A stretch of 64,000 nucleotides of DNA, taken from positions 39,168 through 103,167 of the forward strand of contig JAGLPV010000015.1 in NCBI GenBank assembly GCA_023137195.1, given 5' to 3'. Positions 8,838 to 19,735 of this stretch are shown in pieces (position 1 is the first letter of the stretch; the number at the start of each line of letters is the position of its first letter). The position numbers and the translations under genes were made by a program. Source of the stretch: Candidatus Aenigmatarchaeota archaeon. Its GTDB lineage: Archaea; EX4484-52. The notes beneath the pieces were generated by a model, which saw only the letters and a program-made list of their open reading frames with translations, was not told where the DNA came from and searched no databases.

Positions 8838-10754
8838 AAATTCCTTTATTTGTTCAATGTGAGGATAATTTCTTTCTTTTAGTATTCTTATGATTTCATT
8901 TTTGTCTTCTATTGCTTCAGGAACATTTTTTGCTCCATTTTTTCTCAAATATTCTACAAAGATTTTATCATTTATTATTGCATCTTTGAAATTTGTGTTT
9001 TTTACTTTTAAACCAGAATATTCTTGTACATTCAACATAACCGCTTTCGTCAGATCCATTATAGATAAATCTATATTATGCAATATTGTTCCAGACAGAT
9101 TACCACTCATTCCATCCATTAACTCAACAGATGACAAATCAGCCATGAAAAAATTAGCTTCAAATAAATTGGCATTGTATAATGAGGCACCATTCAAACT
9201 AGCACCAGATAAATTAACTTGAGTTAAATCAGCATCATTTAAATAAGCCCCAGATAAATCTGCTCTGGATAAATCTGCGCAGTATAAACTAGCCCCGTTT
9301 AAATCAGCATTGGATAAATCAGCCCCACTCAAATTGGTTTTGGGCAAATAACTATTCCTTAAATTAGCATCCATTAATCTGGATTCAGATAAATTGGATT
9401 TTGTTAAAATGGCTTCACTTAAATCAATTTCGTATAAGTCAAGTCCAGATAAATCAACTTCATTTAAATCAACTGTTTTTACTTCTTTTCTCAATTCATT
9501 AAATTCATCAACTTTTCCTGTTTTTAGGAGTTGAATAAAAGTTTCTTTATTGGGCGTTACATTAATTTCTTTTGGAACAGTTATTATTATTTTTTTGTAC
9601 TTCGACAATTTATCGTCATCAAGAGGCGTTATTTTATCAATTATTCTATCGTCTTTTTTATTTTTATTGAGGAATTTACTTAAATTTCTATTATCTTTGA
9701 ATTTATCGAGACGTTCTCCAAACTGACCATTTGAGTTCGCCATAAAGTCTTTTTTTAATTTTTTGCGATTTTCTTTTTTAAAAATATGATTATAAAAATC
9801 ATTCCATTTAAATCTCATGATTGTTAAAATTAGATGCACCTCTATATCAAGTTCGGTCTTTTCTGCTTTCAAAAGTTCGTAACCTAAAATATACACATTT
9901 ATGAATCTTTTAATATCTCTTGGCGTTCCGGTAATTGTTTCTGAAATAATATCTTTGTATTCTCTTAATACTGCATATTCTTTTCCTTCTTCATTTGTTA
10001 TTTCTTTCAGATATTTTTTGAATTCATCATTATCCCACTCTGGCATTAAGACGGGTATTTGAATTATTTTTTCAAGATAATTGTCGCCCTTAATTTCCAA
10101 ATCTTTATATTTTTCCTCTATTGCTTTTTCAACAATATCCTTACTCATAGCTATTACATAAACAAATCCCTTGATGTCGAGAAAAACCTTAAATGATTCA
10201 ATGATTTCAATAACTTTGTCTGGTCTACACCTATCGAGGTCATCAATAAAAACAACTATTTTTTTATTTTTTAGATTATTTTCAATTTTCTTTAAACTAT
10301 CATAATATTGACTTTCTATTTCTTCAAGTTTTGTTACATCTGGTTTTTTATCCCTATTGGAGATACCAATACTACCCTTGGCAAGACCCATATTTCCTTC
10401 AAGCCCACATTTTAGTTCAATTGAATTTAAAAAATTAGAAAGAGCCGATACAATCTTTTCTAATTTCTCGTCTTTTTTAATTGTATGAATTATTGTCCCC
10501 AAAAGAGGAATTAATGCAAATGTTTTTTCCTGCTGACATCTCCACGCATCAAACCAGACAATTACAGGAGGATTGCTCTTTTTGTGTTCCAATTTACTAA
10601 TTATATTTTTCATTAAACTGGTTTTGCCAGTTCCCCATTCTCCTAATATGCCAATAGTAAAGGGAGAATCCGAATCTATAATTATATTGGATAAAGCTTC
10701 AGCATATTCCTTAAATGCATCTTCTGCTGGAATATCAGTAATTATTTTTGCCAT
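8829..10754 (-). CDS. KAP-family P-loop NTPase fused to pentapeptide repeats
   Basis: Walker A GEWGTGKT, Walker B VVFIDDLDRC, YLEKIIQIP, TPRDIKRFIN; C-terminal A(D/N)LSGA repeats. Confidence 0.88.
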   Translation of the reverse strand: MAKIITDIPAEDAFKEYAEALSNIIIDSDSPFTIGILGEWGTGKTSLMKNIISKLEHKKSNPPVIVWFDAWRCQQEKTFALIPLLGTIIHTIKKDEKLEKIVSALSNFLNSIELKCGLEGNMGLAKGSIGISNRDKKPDVTKLEEIESQYYDSLKKIENNLKNKKIVVFIDDLDRCRPDKVIEIIESFKVFLDIKGFVYVIAMSKDIVEKAIEEKYKDLEIKGDNYLEKIIQIPVLMPEWDNDEFKKYLKEITNEEGKEYAVLREYKDIISETITGTPRDIKRFINVYILGYELLKAEKTELDIEVHLILTIMRFKWNDFYNHIFKKENRKKLKKDFMANSNGQFGERLDKFKDNRNLSKFLNKNKKDDRIIDKITPLDDDKLSKYKKIIITVPKEINVTPNKETFIQLLKTGKVDEFNELRKEVKTVDLNEVDLSGLDLYEIDLSEAILTKSNLSESRLMDANLRNSYLPKTNLSGADLSNADLNGASLYCADLSRADLSGAYLNDADLTQVNLSGASLNGASLYNANLFEANFFMADLSSVELMDGMSGNLSGTILHNIDLSIMDLTKAVMLNVQEYSGLKVKNTNFKDAIINDKIFVEYLRKNGAKNVPEAIEDKNEIIRILKERNYPHIEQIKEFLK

Positions 10755-10780
10755 AATTAGTTTTCCTTCTTACTTCGCTA

Positions 10781-11833
10781 TTAAACAGACAAATCCCTCT
10801 GCTCCATCCATTCCCTGGTCTTTCCAACAACAACCACAGGAACTTTCTTTAATTCCTCTAGATTTTTAGCTCCACACAAAAACATTGCTGTCTTTAATTC
10901 CTCTGCCATGATATTTATTTTTTCAATCACAGCTTCCGGGCTTTTCATCGCTGGTTTTAGTAACGGAAGAGCAAAACCAGTATAAGAAGCCCCGAGGCGT
11001 ATTAATTTTGCGCATTCTATCCCGTTCCTCACTCCGCCCGAAGCAATTGTTTGGACGTTGCAGGAGTTTGCTTCCATCACAGAAAGAGGTGTAGGAACAC
11101 CCCAGTCCTTAAAGCATTCTCCAAACCTGTCTTTTCTTCTCAATGTTTCTATGTAAGTAAAGGAAGTCCCGCAGTTTCCTCCAACATCAATTAAATCAAC
11201 GCCGGATTTTGAAATTTTTTTGCAGTCTTCTTTAATCATCCCGCATCCTGTTTCTTTTGCAATTACAGGAACTTTTGAAACAGAAACTATTCTTTTCAAA
11301 ATCTCAAAACCGTTTTGAAAATTCACATCTCCTTCTTTTTGCAGTGCCTCCTGCGCAGGATTTAAATGAATTGCAATTGCATCAGTATTGATTGAACTGC
11401 TTATTTTATTTACTATATTCTCTTCATATTCACCGGAACAAAACTGAACCAGACCTATATTGGCAATTAATACAGGAATCCCTGGGGCAAATTTCTTTAA
11501 AGCATATGTTCGCATTTGTTTTTCATCCTTGATCATTGCTCTTTGAGAACCGACACCAATAGGGATATTTAATTTTTCCGCGGCAATTGCCAGGTTTCTA
11601 TTGATTTTTTCTCCCAGTTTACAGCCGCCTGTCATTGCCTCAATCACAAAAGGATAATCTATTTTTCTGCCTAAAAATTGTGTCGACAAGTCAATTTCGT
11701 TTTTGTCAATTTCAGGCATTGTCCTGTGAAGAAGAAGAATATCATTATACCATGAAGTATTACCTGTCTGGACATCTTGTTTGATGCATAAATCAATATG
11801 CTCTTCTTTTCTTTTTTCCACTTCTGAAATCAT
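10781..11833 (-). CDS. fni: Type 2 isopentenyl-diphosphate isomerase
   Basis: RKEEHI, AMTGG, GVGSQR, HLNPAQE, KETGCG, SGGVRNG. Confidence 0.95.
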   Translation of the reverse strand: MISEVEKRKEEHIDLCIKQDVQTGNTSWYNDILLLHRTMPEIDKNEIDLSTQFLGRKIDYPFVIEAMTGGCKLGEKINRNLAIAAEKLNIPIGVGSQRAMIKDEKQMRTYALKKFAPGIPVLIANIGLVQFCSGEYEENIVNKISSSINTDAIAIHLNPAQEALQKEGDVNFQNGFEILKRIVSVSKVPVIAKETGCGMIKEDCKKISKSGVDLIDVGGNCGTSFTYIETLRRKDRFGECFKDWGVPTPLSVMEANSCNVQTIASGGVRNGIECAKLIRLGASYTGFALPLLKPAMKSPEAVIEKINIMAEELKTAMFLCGAKNLEELKKVPVVVVGKTREWMEQRDLSV

Positions 11834-11900
11834 ATATCTTGATAGGGGCGTTCAATAATAAAAACATTGCGGGTTCAACTTAATTTTAGAAAACAGATTA

Positions 11901-11917
11901 AGAAACATTTATAAATA
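11901..11917 (+). promoter_or_regulatory. Archaeal BRE-TATA promoter, probably for a leaderless transcript
   Basis: AGAAACA followed by TTTATAAATA about 25 nt upstream of ATG 11938. Confidence 0.55.
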
Positions 11918-11937
11918 TTGCCTCGTTTATAATACAC

Positions 11938-14922
11938 ATGAGAAGGGGGTTTGCGGAAGTATTCTTGTTTTGCCTGATTTTAACTTCTTTTATTGCATTT
12001 AGTTCCATAGATACTTTTTCGTGCCAGCAGATAAGTACCTCTGCTGTTTCTAATGTGACAAAATCAGGAACAACTTCCCTTTATAATTTTTCAGTAGTTA
12101 CGACAGGCAATTTTACTGCCCTTAATCTGACAATACCTACGGCATTTACTTACATTGAAAATTCTTCGAATAGTACATTATATCCAAACTGGACATGTTC
12201 TAATGTAACAAGCAATGTTGTTAATTGCTCCTGTCTTACATGCAATGTTTCGGTCAACGAGACAACATCCATTTACGTGTGGTTTAATGCGACATCTCCT
12301 TCGGGTGATAGTGAAACAGCATATAATTTTACTGCTTTTGTCTGGGCAAACCAGACCAATAATGCCACAGCCAATACAACCATCGGCAATGATGGCAATA
12401 TCACAATTATAAGCTATGTCAATGGCGTTACAAACGACACAATTGTCCAGAACCAAAACATAACAATTATTGCATTGGTTCAGGATGCATTTTCAGGAAT
12501 AAATTTATCCCTGGAAAACTCTGTGCAGGTTCTTTTGCTGGATTATACGACCGGAGTTGTAAACAAGACATACAATATGACAAACACCACGTCCTCCGGT
12601 ACAAACGGGCAAAACAATTACTCTGCCACATTTGATACAGGCATCCTGACAGATGGCGCATACAATATATCTATTTATGCAACAGACCAAGTTGGAAATT
12701 ATAATTATTCAAACACATCTTATTACTTTACTGTAACCCCTCAACCGGATTTGATAATTGAGTCAGTTAACTGGACTTCTGTTTACGGCGACTCACATCC
12801 ATTTATGTCATATAATGGAAGTTATACCAATTTTACAATCAATGTCAGTGTAAAAAATAACGGGACTGCAAATATAGTTAATTTAACGAAAATGATATTT
12901 AAATGGGACAGCTACACAGTAACGAGAAATTTGACTTTATTATCTGTTGGTGCAACCCAAAATTTCAATTACTCTATTGTGGGAGATTCTACTAATGTAA
13001 GTCGCGGAAACCATGCAATAAACATAACATTAGATACTCTTTCCAACCAGACAGAAAAAAGCGAAACTAACAACAATTATGTAGAAAATATATATGTCGG
13101 ATACAATGTCAGTGTTTTGGGGATAAGTCCGTCTTCTGTTGTGCCGGGAGGAGTAATAAATATAACGGTAAAACTGCTTTATGGTAACGGTAGTGCGGTA
13201 ACAGGACTTTCTAATAAAGATAACTTTACAATATTTGACCGATGGGGAAGTGGGAATTATATTGATTACGGGAGCGGGAAATTTTCATTATATTCTTCAT
13301 TAAATGCATCGGGAATTTACAATCTTAGCTATACTGTAAACTCTTCTTTATTCTCTGCCACAAAAGTCGCTCAATATGGAGTTCATGATATTCGCGTCGG
13401 TGTTGAAAACGGAAATTATTCCGGGTGGATAAATAGCACGGATAATGATTATGTAATTACTGCACCGAATCTGGACATAAGATTCTATGGCGTAGATACA
13501 ACACTTACTAAAAACACCCAGGAAGATGCATTCCAGATAAAGTACGAGAATACAGGAAATGCAGCAATAAGCAATATTACTCTAAGAATACAGACAAATA
13601 GTAGTAATATAAAAATAGCAACCACTGCGGGAGGAACATACAGCCAGACATATACTTGTAATGTATATTGGGGATCGGGACAGTCTTTGAGTTCCGCTAA
13701 TGGAGAACAGGCATGCTCTACAATATACCTGAAAGGGACATCGACAGGTACATACAAATTATATTATATTTATGCTTTTGGAGCAGCAACGACAGACGGC
13801 ACGAAATACAACAGCACCAGTCTGCCTTACAATACAATTACTGTAGCCGACCCTCCTGCTGATGAAGATGATAGTAGTAGCAGTAGCACCAATACATACA
13901 CCCCTACCACTACCACAACATATGAATGCACATTAGATTCAAACTGCTCAAGCAATGAGTTTTGCAATTCCTCAAAAAAATGCCAAAAGAGAACATGCAG
14001 TTCAGACCAGTTAATTTCAAATCACAAATGCGTAACCATTAACATCAATACAATATACAATTCTACTTACAATATAAAACAAGGAAGCAGCATAACCATT
14101 CCTTTTTATTTAAATTCAACAAGATATAAAGTCACAAGCGTTTATTTGAAAGCGACAAAACCAGCAGATTTCAACGGGACAATTTCCATCACTCCTTCTT
14201 CACATACACTGATAAAAAACACACTTAAGCAGTACAATATTACTTTCACAATGCCGGCAAATGCCCATTTTAAAAAAGAATACATTATTTCCCTGGCAGT
14301 AAAAAAAGGAACAACCAAGACATTTGCAACAGCAAACATAACCCTTGTGGCTTCAGGTGGAAACGCTACTAAAATAGAAATTTCTGAAAGCATAAACGCA
14401 TACGGAGAAAACTTAAAAAAATATCTGGATGATCTTGAAAAAATAAAATCAAAATTAGATGATGAAGACCAGAGTTCTATAGATGCAAGGACATCCAAAG
14501 TGAATAGATTAATAGAAGAAATATCCGGATTGATTGAAAACGAAGAGTACCTTAGGGCTGATGAAAAAATCACAGAACTGAATACAGAAATGCAAAATCT
14601 CAATAATTCAATCAATGAATTGACAGAAAAGACAAAGAAAAAACAAAGGAATTTCAGGATATTTTTGTTTGTAATCTTTATTTTTGCAGGGATAGGGGCT
14701 CTTACTTATTATATGTTGCTTCCGGATGAGGCAGGATATATTCCAAACAAGGGATTTGTGAAGAAAGGCAAGAAACAGGAAACTAAAGAAACGCTCCTTG
14801 AGATGATTGAAGAAGCAAAAGACGAAATGAAGAAAATCTTTAATAAAAAAAAAGACAAAAACCCCCTCAAAAAAAGGGCTTATAATTATAAAAAAACAGT
14901 ATTGAAAAGAGCGGTGCGATAA
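11938..14922 (+). CDS. Large membrane-anchored surface glycoprotein (CARDB/Ig-like domains, Cys-rich EGF-like module, coiled coil, TM, basic tail)
   Basis: N-terminal hydrophobic leader, PDLII...VKNNG...ETNNN CARDB pattern, many NxS/T sites, CTLDSNCSSNEFC module, TM followed by Lys-rich tail. Confidence 0.8.
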   Translation: MRRGFAEVFLFCLILTSFIAFSSIDTFSCQQISTSAVSNVTKSGTTSLYNFSVVTTGNFTALNLTIPTAFTYIENSSNSTLYPNWTCSNVTSNVVNCSCLTCNVSVNETTSIYVWFNATSPSGDSETAYNFTAFVWANQTNNATANTTIGNDGNITIISYVNGVTNDTIVQNQNITIIALVQDAFSGINLSLENSVQVLLLDYTTGVVNKTYNMTNTTSSGTNGQNNYSATFDTGILTDGAYNISIYATDQVGNYNYSNTSYYFTVTPQPDLIIESVNWTSVYGDSHPFMSYNGSYTNFTINVSVKNNGTANIVNLTKMIFKWDSYTVTRNLTLLSVGATQNFNYSIVGDSTNVSRGNHAINITLDTLSNQTEKSETNNNYVENIYVGYNVSVLGISPSSVVPGGVINITVKLLYGNGSAVTGLSNKDNFTIFDRWGSGNYIDYGSGKFSLYSSLNASGIYNLSYTVNSSLFSATKVAQYGVHDIRVGVENGNYSGWINSTDNDYVITAPNLDIRFYGVDTTLTKNTQEDAFQIKYENTGNAAISNITLRIQTNSSNIKIATTAGGTYSQTYTCNVYWGSGQSLSSANGEQACSTIYLKGTSTGTYKLYYIYAFGAATTDGTKYNSTSLPYNTITVADPPADEDDSSSSSTNTYTPTTTTTYECTLDSNCSSNEFCNSSKKCQKRTCSSDQLISNHKCVTININTIYNSTYNIKQGSSITIPFYLNSTRYKVTSVYLKATKPADFNGTISITPSSHTLIKNTLKQYNITFTMPANAHFKKEYIISLAVKKGTTKTFATANITLVASGGNATKIEISESINAYGENLKKYLDDLEKIKSKLDDEDQSSIDARTSKVNRLIEEISGLIENEEYLRADEKITELNTEMQNLNNSINELTEKTKKKQRNFRIFLFVIFIFAGIGALTYYMLLPDEAGYIPNKGFVKKGKKQETKETLLEMIEEAKDEMKKIFNKKKDKNPLKKRAYNYKKTVLKRAVR

Positions 14923-15066
14923 TTTTGCTTGTTTCAATCCGCAGAACCCATGAGAACTGATTTAAAGTAGTATTTAGTGTAAGGAATAGTTATAGTTTTA
15001 TTTTCTATTATCCTGGATAAGAAAGAATAATTACTTTTAAAAAAACTGTATTTATTATATATTCTT

Positions 15067-15768
15067 ATGGATAAGAACGCGGCACATGTGGTGTCTCTTG
15101 AAGATATTGAAAAGAGTGTAAATATTTCTGATAATTTCAAAAAATGCTTTGTAACGCCGACTGGTGTTGAACTTGAAGAAGTTAATGTCATTGGTGTTGT
15201 TGCTGACTCTCCTTCTAATGAAAAAGAGTACCTGCTTGTAAAAGACAAAACCGGCGAGTGTTATATAAAAATGATATGGCAAAATCAAACCAAAGAAATA
15301 AAGGAAGGAACTATCCTGCATGTAATTGGATTTCTTAATTTCAATGGACAGAAAAAATACATCAATCCTTATATTGTGAAAAAAATAGAAGAAAACCCAG
15401 AAGAAAGGCAAAAGTTAAGAGAACTTGAAATAATTGAATTCTGCAATTATATTGACAAGAATAAGGAAAAATTCTCTTCAAATACAGAAAAATACAAATA
15501 TGTGTTGGAGAAAATTATGAAAGGAAAAAAAGATGAAAAGGCAGAAACTATAGAACATAAGGAGAATGGGGATGAAAAAGAAATTACAGAAATCAATATT
15601 ATTGATATCATAAAACAGTTGGACAAGGAAGATAAAGGAGTTTCTTATGTTGATGTTCTTGATAAATTCAGTGATGAGCAAAGAGAGGCAGTGGAAACTG
15701 TGATTGATTCTTTGCTTGATGAGGGATTATGCTATGAGCCAATAGCGGGAAAAATAAAAGTTCTTTAA
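15067..15768 (+). CDS. RPA32-like single-stranded DNA-binding subunit (OB fold + winged helix)
   Basis: VNVIGVV...VKDKTG OB fold; C-terminal LLDEGLCYEPIAGKIKVL winged helix. Confidence 0.75.
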   Translation: MDKNAAHVVSLEDIEKSVNISDNFKKCFVTPTGVELEEVNVIGVVADSPSNEKEYLLVKDKTGECYIKMIWQNQTKEIKEGTILHVIGFLNFNGQKKYINPYIVKKIEENPEERQKLRELEIIEFCNYIDKNKEKFSSNTEKYKYVLEKIMKGKKDEKAETIEHKENGDEKEITEINIIDIIKQLDKEDKGVSYVDVLDKFSDEQREAVETVIDSLLDEGLCYEPIAGKIKVL

Positions 15769-16021
15769 CCATTACGTTTTATCTTAATTTTTGCACAATA
15801 AAAGAGTCTTGCGAAAGTTGCTTCTTTTAATGCATAGAAATCATTATACGCTAATTACATAATTTCCAGATAACAAGCATATTTTTTAACGAAAAATATG
15901 GGTAAACTTTCATGAAAGTGTCTGAATTTGTACGCAAGATACAATATATACACAATATACACAATGATAAATAGATAATTATAAATAGTTAAAAAATAAT
16001 AATTCATTAAGTGAATAAATT

Positions 16022-18442
16022 ATGAATAGAAAAGATGAATTAATTTTATGGTTTGATCAATTAGGGATTGATGATGTTCCTGTTGTTGGGGGCAAAAATG
16101 CCTCCTTGGGAGAAATGTACAGTAATCTTACAAAAGAGGGAGTGAATATTCCAAACGGCTATGCTGTCACATCTCATTCTTATGAGTTGCTTCTTGATGA
16201 AAGCAACGCAAAAAACAGGATAAAAGAAATCCTTAAAGATTTAGATACAAAAGACATAAATAATCTTCAGCAAAGGGGAAGGAAAGTAAGAGAAGTGCTT
16301 TTGTCACTTGAATTCCCGGGAGAATTAAAGCGGGCAATTACAGAAGCATATCACCACCTGGAAAAGCAATATAGCGAAGGTGTTGATGTTGCTGTCAGAA
16401 GTTCTGCTACAGCAGAAGACCTGCCTGATGCATCTTTTGCAGGACAGCAGGAAACTTACCTGAATATTAGCGGAGAGGTATCTCTCTTGGATGCATGCAG
16501 GAAATGCTATGCCTCATTGTTTACTGACAGGGCTATATCCTATCGTGAAGACAAGAATTTTGATCATTTTAACATCGCTCTTTCTATTGGCGTACAGAAG
16601 ATGGTAAGAAGCGATATGGCTTCAAGCGGGGTTATGTTTTCTATTGATACAGAGACTGGATTCAACAATGTCGCATTTGTGACCTCTTCTTATGGTCTTG
16701 GAGAAAATGTTGTTCAGGGTGCTGTCAACCCGGACGAGTTCTATGTGTTCAAGCCAACATTAAAAGAAGGGAAAAAACCGATTATCATGAAAAAAGTCGG
16801 CTCGAAAAAGATAAAAATGATTTACACAAACGACCTAAAACATCCTGTGATAAATGTGCCTACCCCAAAAGCAGACAGGCAAAAATATTCTCTTGATGAT
16901 GATGAAATATTGACGCTTGCAAAATGGGCGTGCATCATTGAAGACCATTACAGCAAAAAGGCAGGCTATCTAAAGCCCATGGACATGGAATGGGCAAAAG
17001 ACGGTCAGACCAATGAATTATTTATTGTGCAGGCAAGACCCGAAACAGTCCAGTCAAGAAAAGACGCAAATGTTTATGAAGAATATCATTTAAAAGAAAA
17101 AGGCACTGTCCTTGTGAAAGGATTAAGTGTCGGGGAAAAGATAAGCACAGGCAAATCCCATATAATAAATGATGTAAAAAACATCAACCAGTTCAAGGCA
17201 GGAGCAGTGCTTGTAACAGATATGACTGACCCCGACTGGGAGCCTATAATGAAAATTGCATCTGCTATCGTCACAAACCGCGGCGGGCGTACATGCCATG
17301 CGGCAATCATCTCAAGGGAACTTGGGATTCCATGCGTTGTCGGGTGCGGCGATGCGACAGAAAAAATAAAAAATAACAAGCCCTTAACTGTCTCCTGCAC
17401 TTCCGGAGAAGAAGGAACTGTCTATGACGGAACGCTAAAATATACTGTTGAAAAAATAAACTTGGGCGACATTCCTGAAACAAAGACAAAAATAATGCTT
17501 AATCTTGGATCGCCAGATCAGGCATTCAAATTCTCCTTCCTGCCACAGGAAGGAGTCGGTCTTGCAAGAGAAGAATTTATCATCAATTCTTACATAAAAA
17601 TCCATCCTATGGCTTTAATGAATTTCAAAAGCATAAAGAAAGATGAAAAGCACAGGAAACTAGTAGAAAAAATAGAGAAATTGACTATCGGCTATGCTGA
17701 TAAAAAACAATATTTTATTGACAAGCTTGCAGAAGGTGTGAGTACAATTGCTGCTGCATTTTATCCAAAGCCGGTTATTGTACGCCTGTCTGATTTCAAG
17801 AGCAATGAATATGCGAACCTGATTGGAGGAACTCTTTACGAGCCGACAGAAGACAATCCTATGATTGGATGGAGAGGGGCTTCAAGATATTATGATAAAA
17901 ACTACAGGGATGCATTTTCTCTTGAATGCCGGGCTCTTAAAAAAGCAAGAGAAGATTTTGGTCTGACAAATATCAAAATAATGATTCCATTCTGCAGGAC
18001 GGTTGAGGAAGGAAAAAAAGTGCTTAAAGAAATGGAAAAGAACGGTCTGAAAAAGGGAGAGAATAATTTACAGGTTTATGTAATGTGTGAGATACCTGCT
18101 AATGTCATACTTGCTGATGAATTTTTGGATGTGTTTGACGGATTTTCAATTGGTTCTAATGATTTGACGCAACTTACACTTGGGCTAGACAGAGACTCTG
18201 AACTTGTAGCTCATATATACGATGAGCGGAATGATGCTGTAAAAAAACTGATAAGAAATGTAATTGAAGTTGCAAACTCCAAGGGCAAATACATCGGAAT
18301 ATGCGGTCAGGCACCGTCGGATTTCCCTGATTTCGCGGAGTTCCTTGTTGAATGCGGCATAAAGACAATGTCTTTGAACCCGGATACAATTGTCAAGACA
18401 AGGATGCTTGTTGCTGAAAAAGAGAAGAAAATCAATAGATGA
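16022..18442 (+). CDS. ppsA: Phosphoenolpyruvate synthase
   Basis: VGGKNASLGEM, VRSSATAEDLPDASFAGQQETY, GGRTCHAAII, FSIGSNDLTQL. Confidence 0.97.
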   Translation: MNRKDELILWFDQLGIDDVPVVGGKNASLGEMYSNLTKEGVNIPNGYAVTSHSYELLLDESNAKNRIKEILKDLDTKDINNLQQRGRKVREVLLSLEFPGELKRAITEAYHHLEKQYSEGVDVAVRSSATAEDLPDASFAGQQETYLNISGEVSLLDACRKCYASLFTDRAISYREDKNFDHFNIALSIGVQKMVRSDMASSGVMFSIDTETGFNNVAFVTSSYGLGENVVQGAVNPDEFYVFKPTLKEGKKPIIMKKVGSKKIKMIYTNDLKHPVINVPTPKADRQKYSLDDDEILTLAKWACIIEDHYSKKAGYLKPMDMEWAKDGQTNELFIVQARPETVQSRKDANVYEEYHLKEKGTVLVKGLSVGEKISTGKSHIINDVKNINQFKAGAVLVTDMTDPDWEPIMKIASAIVTNRGGRTCHAAIISRELGIPCVVGCGDATEKIKNNKPLTVSCTSGEEGTVYDGTLKYTVEKINLGDIPETKTKIMLNLGSPDQAFKFSFLPQEGVGLAREEFIINSYIKIHPMALMNFKSIKKDEKHRKLVEKIEKLTIGYADKKQYFIDKLAEGVSTIAAAFYPKPVIVRLSDFKSNEYANLIGGTLYEPTEDNPMIGWRGASRYYDKNYRDAFSLECRALKKAREDFGLTNIKIMIPFCRTVEEGKKVLKEMEKNGLKKGENNLQVYVMCEIPANVILADEFLDVFDGFSIGSNDLTQLTLGLDRDSELVAHIYDERNDAVKKLIRNVIEVANSKGKYIGICGQAPSDFPDFAEFLVECGIKTMSLNPDTIVKTRMLVAEKEKKINR

Positions 18443-18567
18443 TTGTTTGTTTAGCAAACACAAAATTAATCCACGGATGCGGGAATGCAGGAAAATCTCT
18501 ATGATTTTTTGTACATTCAATTTCATTGAATGACATATGAGAATCCACGAGAAATCAATTGTTTTTA

Positions 18568-19734
18568 TTAGCTATATGAGCAATTCGCCATGAGATAAAT
18601 CAGGCTGCTGTATCCTCCTTTTGCAATCCCATAAGGGATGTTTAGCCACCAGAAAAGTGTTTTGTTCTCTCCTGTTGAAAGAGGAATATTATCGTAGTTG
18701 AGTTTTTGCCAGGATTCAGACATATTTCTTGCCGTGGCAACTGTGTTGTAAATGTTCCATTTTAGTTCATAGACAGGGATGTAATATACTACGCCATCAT
18801 CGTTTAGAATCCCGTCGTCATTTGTCAGGTTTTCTCCTTTTATCCACAGATATTCTGCTTCCCCGGAATTTGAGTCAACACTAATGTTGTAGTAGTAATT
18901 ATTGTTTTGAGGTGCCGCGATGCCGGAATCTCCCGGGTCATTAAGACCAAAGTCTACCTCATCAAAATGAGTTGTTATTGTGATGATGATTGCTGACTCA
19001 ACTGTTGAGTCTGCTGTGTTGTTGTCTGGTATGCTGGCATTAGTTGATTCAAATATAACATCTATTTCATAAGTCTTATGCAAATCTGCTGTTGTATTGA
19101 CAGTCCAGTTAATATAGCAGATTTCGTCTTTTTCAAGAGGGTTATTTGAACAGTTTTGGGCGTTTGTTCCGGAGGGCAGGTAGAATGGTTTGGCTCCTGT
19201 TGTGGTGTTGATGTCTTCATCGGGAAGAGATGTTGTTTTGTTGTATCTTACTCTTGCAGAAACATTTGAGCAGTTGGCATACATGCATACAACACTTGCA
19301 TTTACAACAAAAGTCCTGTTCTGGGGAACGCTGGTGGTGTCCTCAGGGATAATAATGGTTGGAAAAATACGAGGGTATTTTGTTGTATTTATTGTAATGA
19401 ATTGCCTCTGGCTCTGGTTGGAGTTTCCTGTCGTGTTTTGAGCCCAAACAGTATAATTATAGGTGTGATCAGATAAACCAGTCATGTTTATATACCAGTT
19501 CGTTGTTGAAGAATTATCCATTGTGATATTTGTAAATCCGGATGCGTTGCCCCATTCGATTAATGCCTGATTTAACGGTTCGTCAGATGTTATATTAATG
19601 TAGGTATACTTATCGTTTGTTGTCGTTCCATTATTTTCTGTAGGTAGGACAAAAGTGACCGTCGGGATGGCGTAAGAAAAAGGAATAATAACAGCAATCA
19701 AGAGTCCCAAGTACAATAAAATACCTTTTATCAT
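18568..19734 (-). CDS. Secreted surface protein with Ig-like beta-sandwich domains
   Basis: Signal peptide, Thr/Asn-rich with many NxT sites, C-terminal domain ending GGYSSLIYLMAN. Confidence 0.7.
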   Translation of the reverse strand: MIKGILLYLGLLIAVIIPFSYAIPTVTFVLPTENNGTTTNDKYTYINITSDEPLNQALIEWGNASGFTNITMDNSSTTNWYINMTGLSDHTYNYTVWAQNTTGNSNQSQRQFITINTTKYPRIFPTIIIPEDTTSVPQNRTFVVNASVVCMYANCSNVSARVRYNKTTSLPDEDINTTTGAKPFYLPSGTNAQNCSNNPLEKDEICYINWTVNTTADLHKTYEIDVIFESTNASIPDNNTADSTVESAIIITITTHFDEVDFGLNDPGDSGIAAPQNNNYYYNISVDSNSGEAEYLWIKGENLTNDDGILNDDGVVYYIPVYELKWNIYNTVATARNMSESWQKLNYDNIPLSTGENKTLFWWLNIPYGIAKGGYSSLIYLMANCSYS

Positions 19735-19735
19735 A

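Noticed and set aside
15769-16021. Possible replication origin in the AT-rich intergenic region (TATACACAAT twice)
   Set aside because: No ORB-like repeats or cdc6 nearby; more simply the ppsA promoter region
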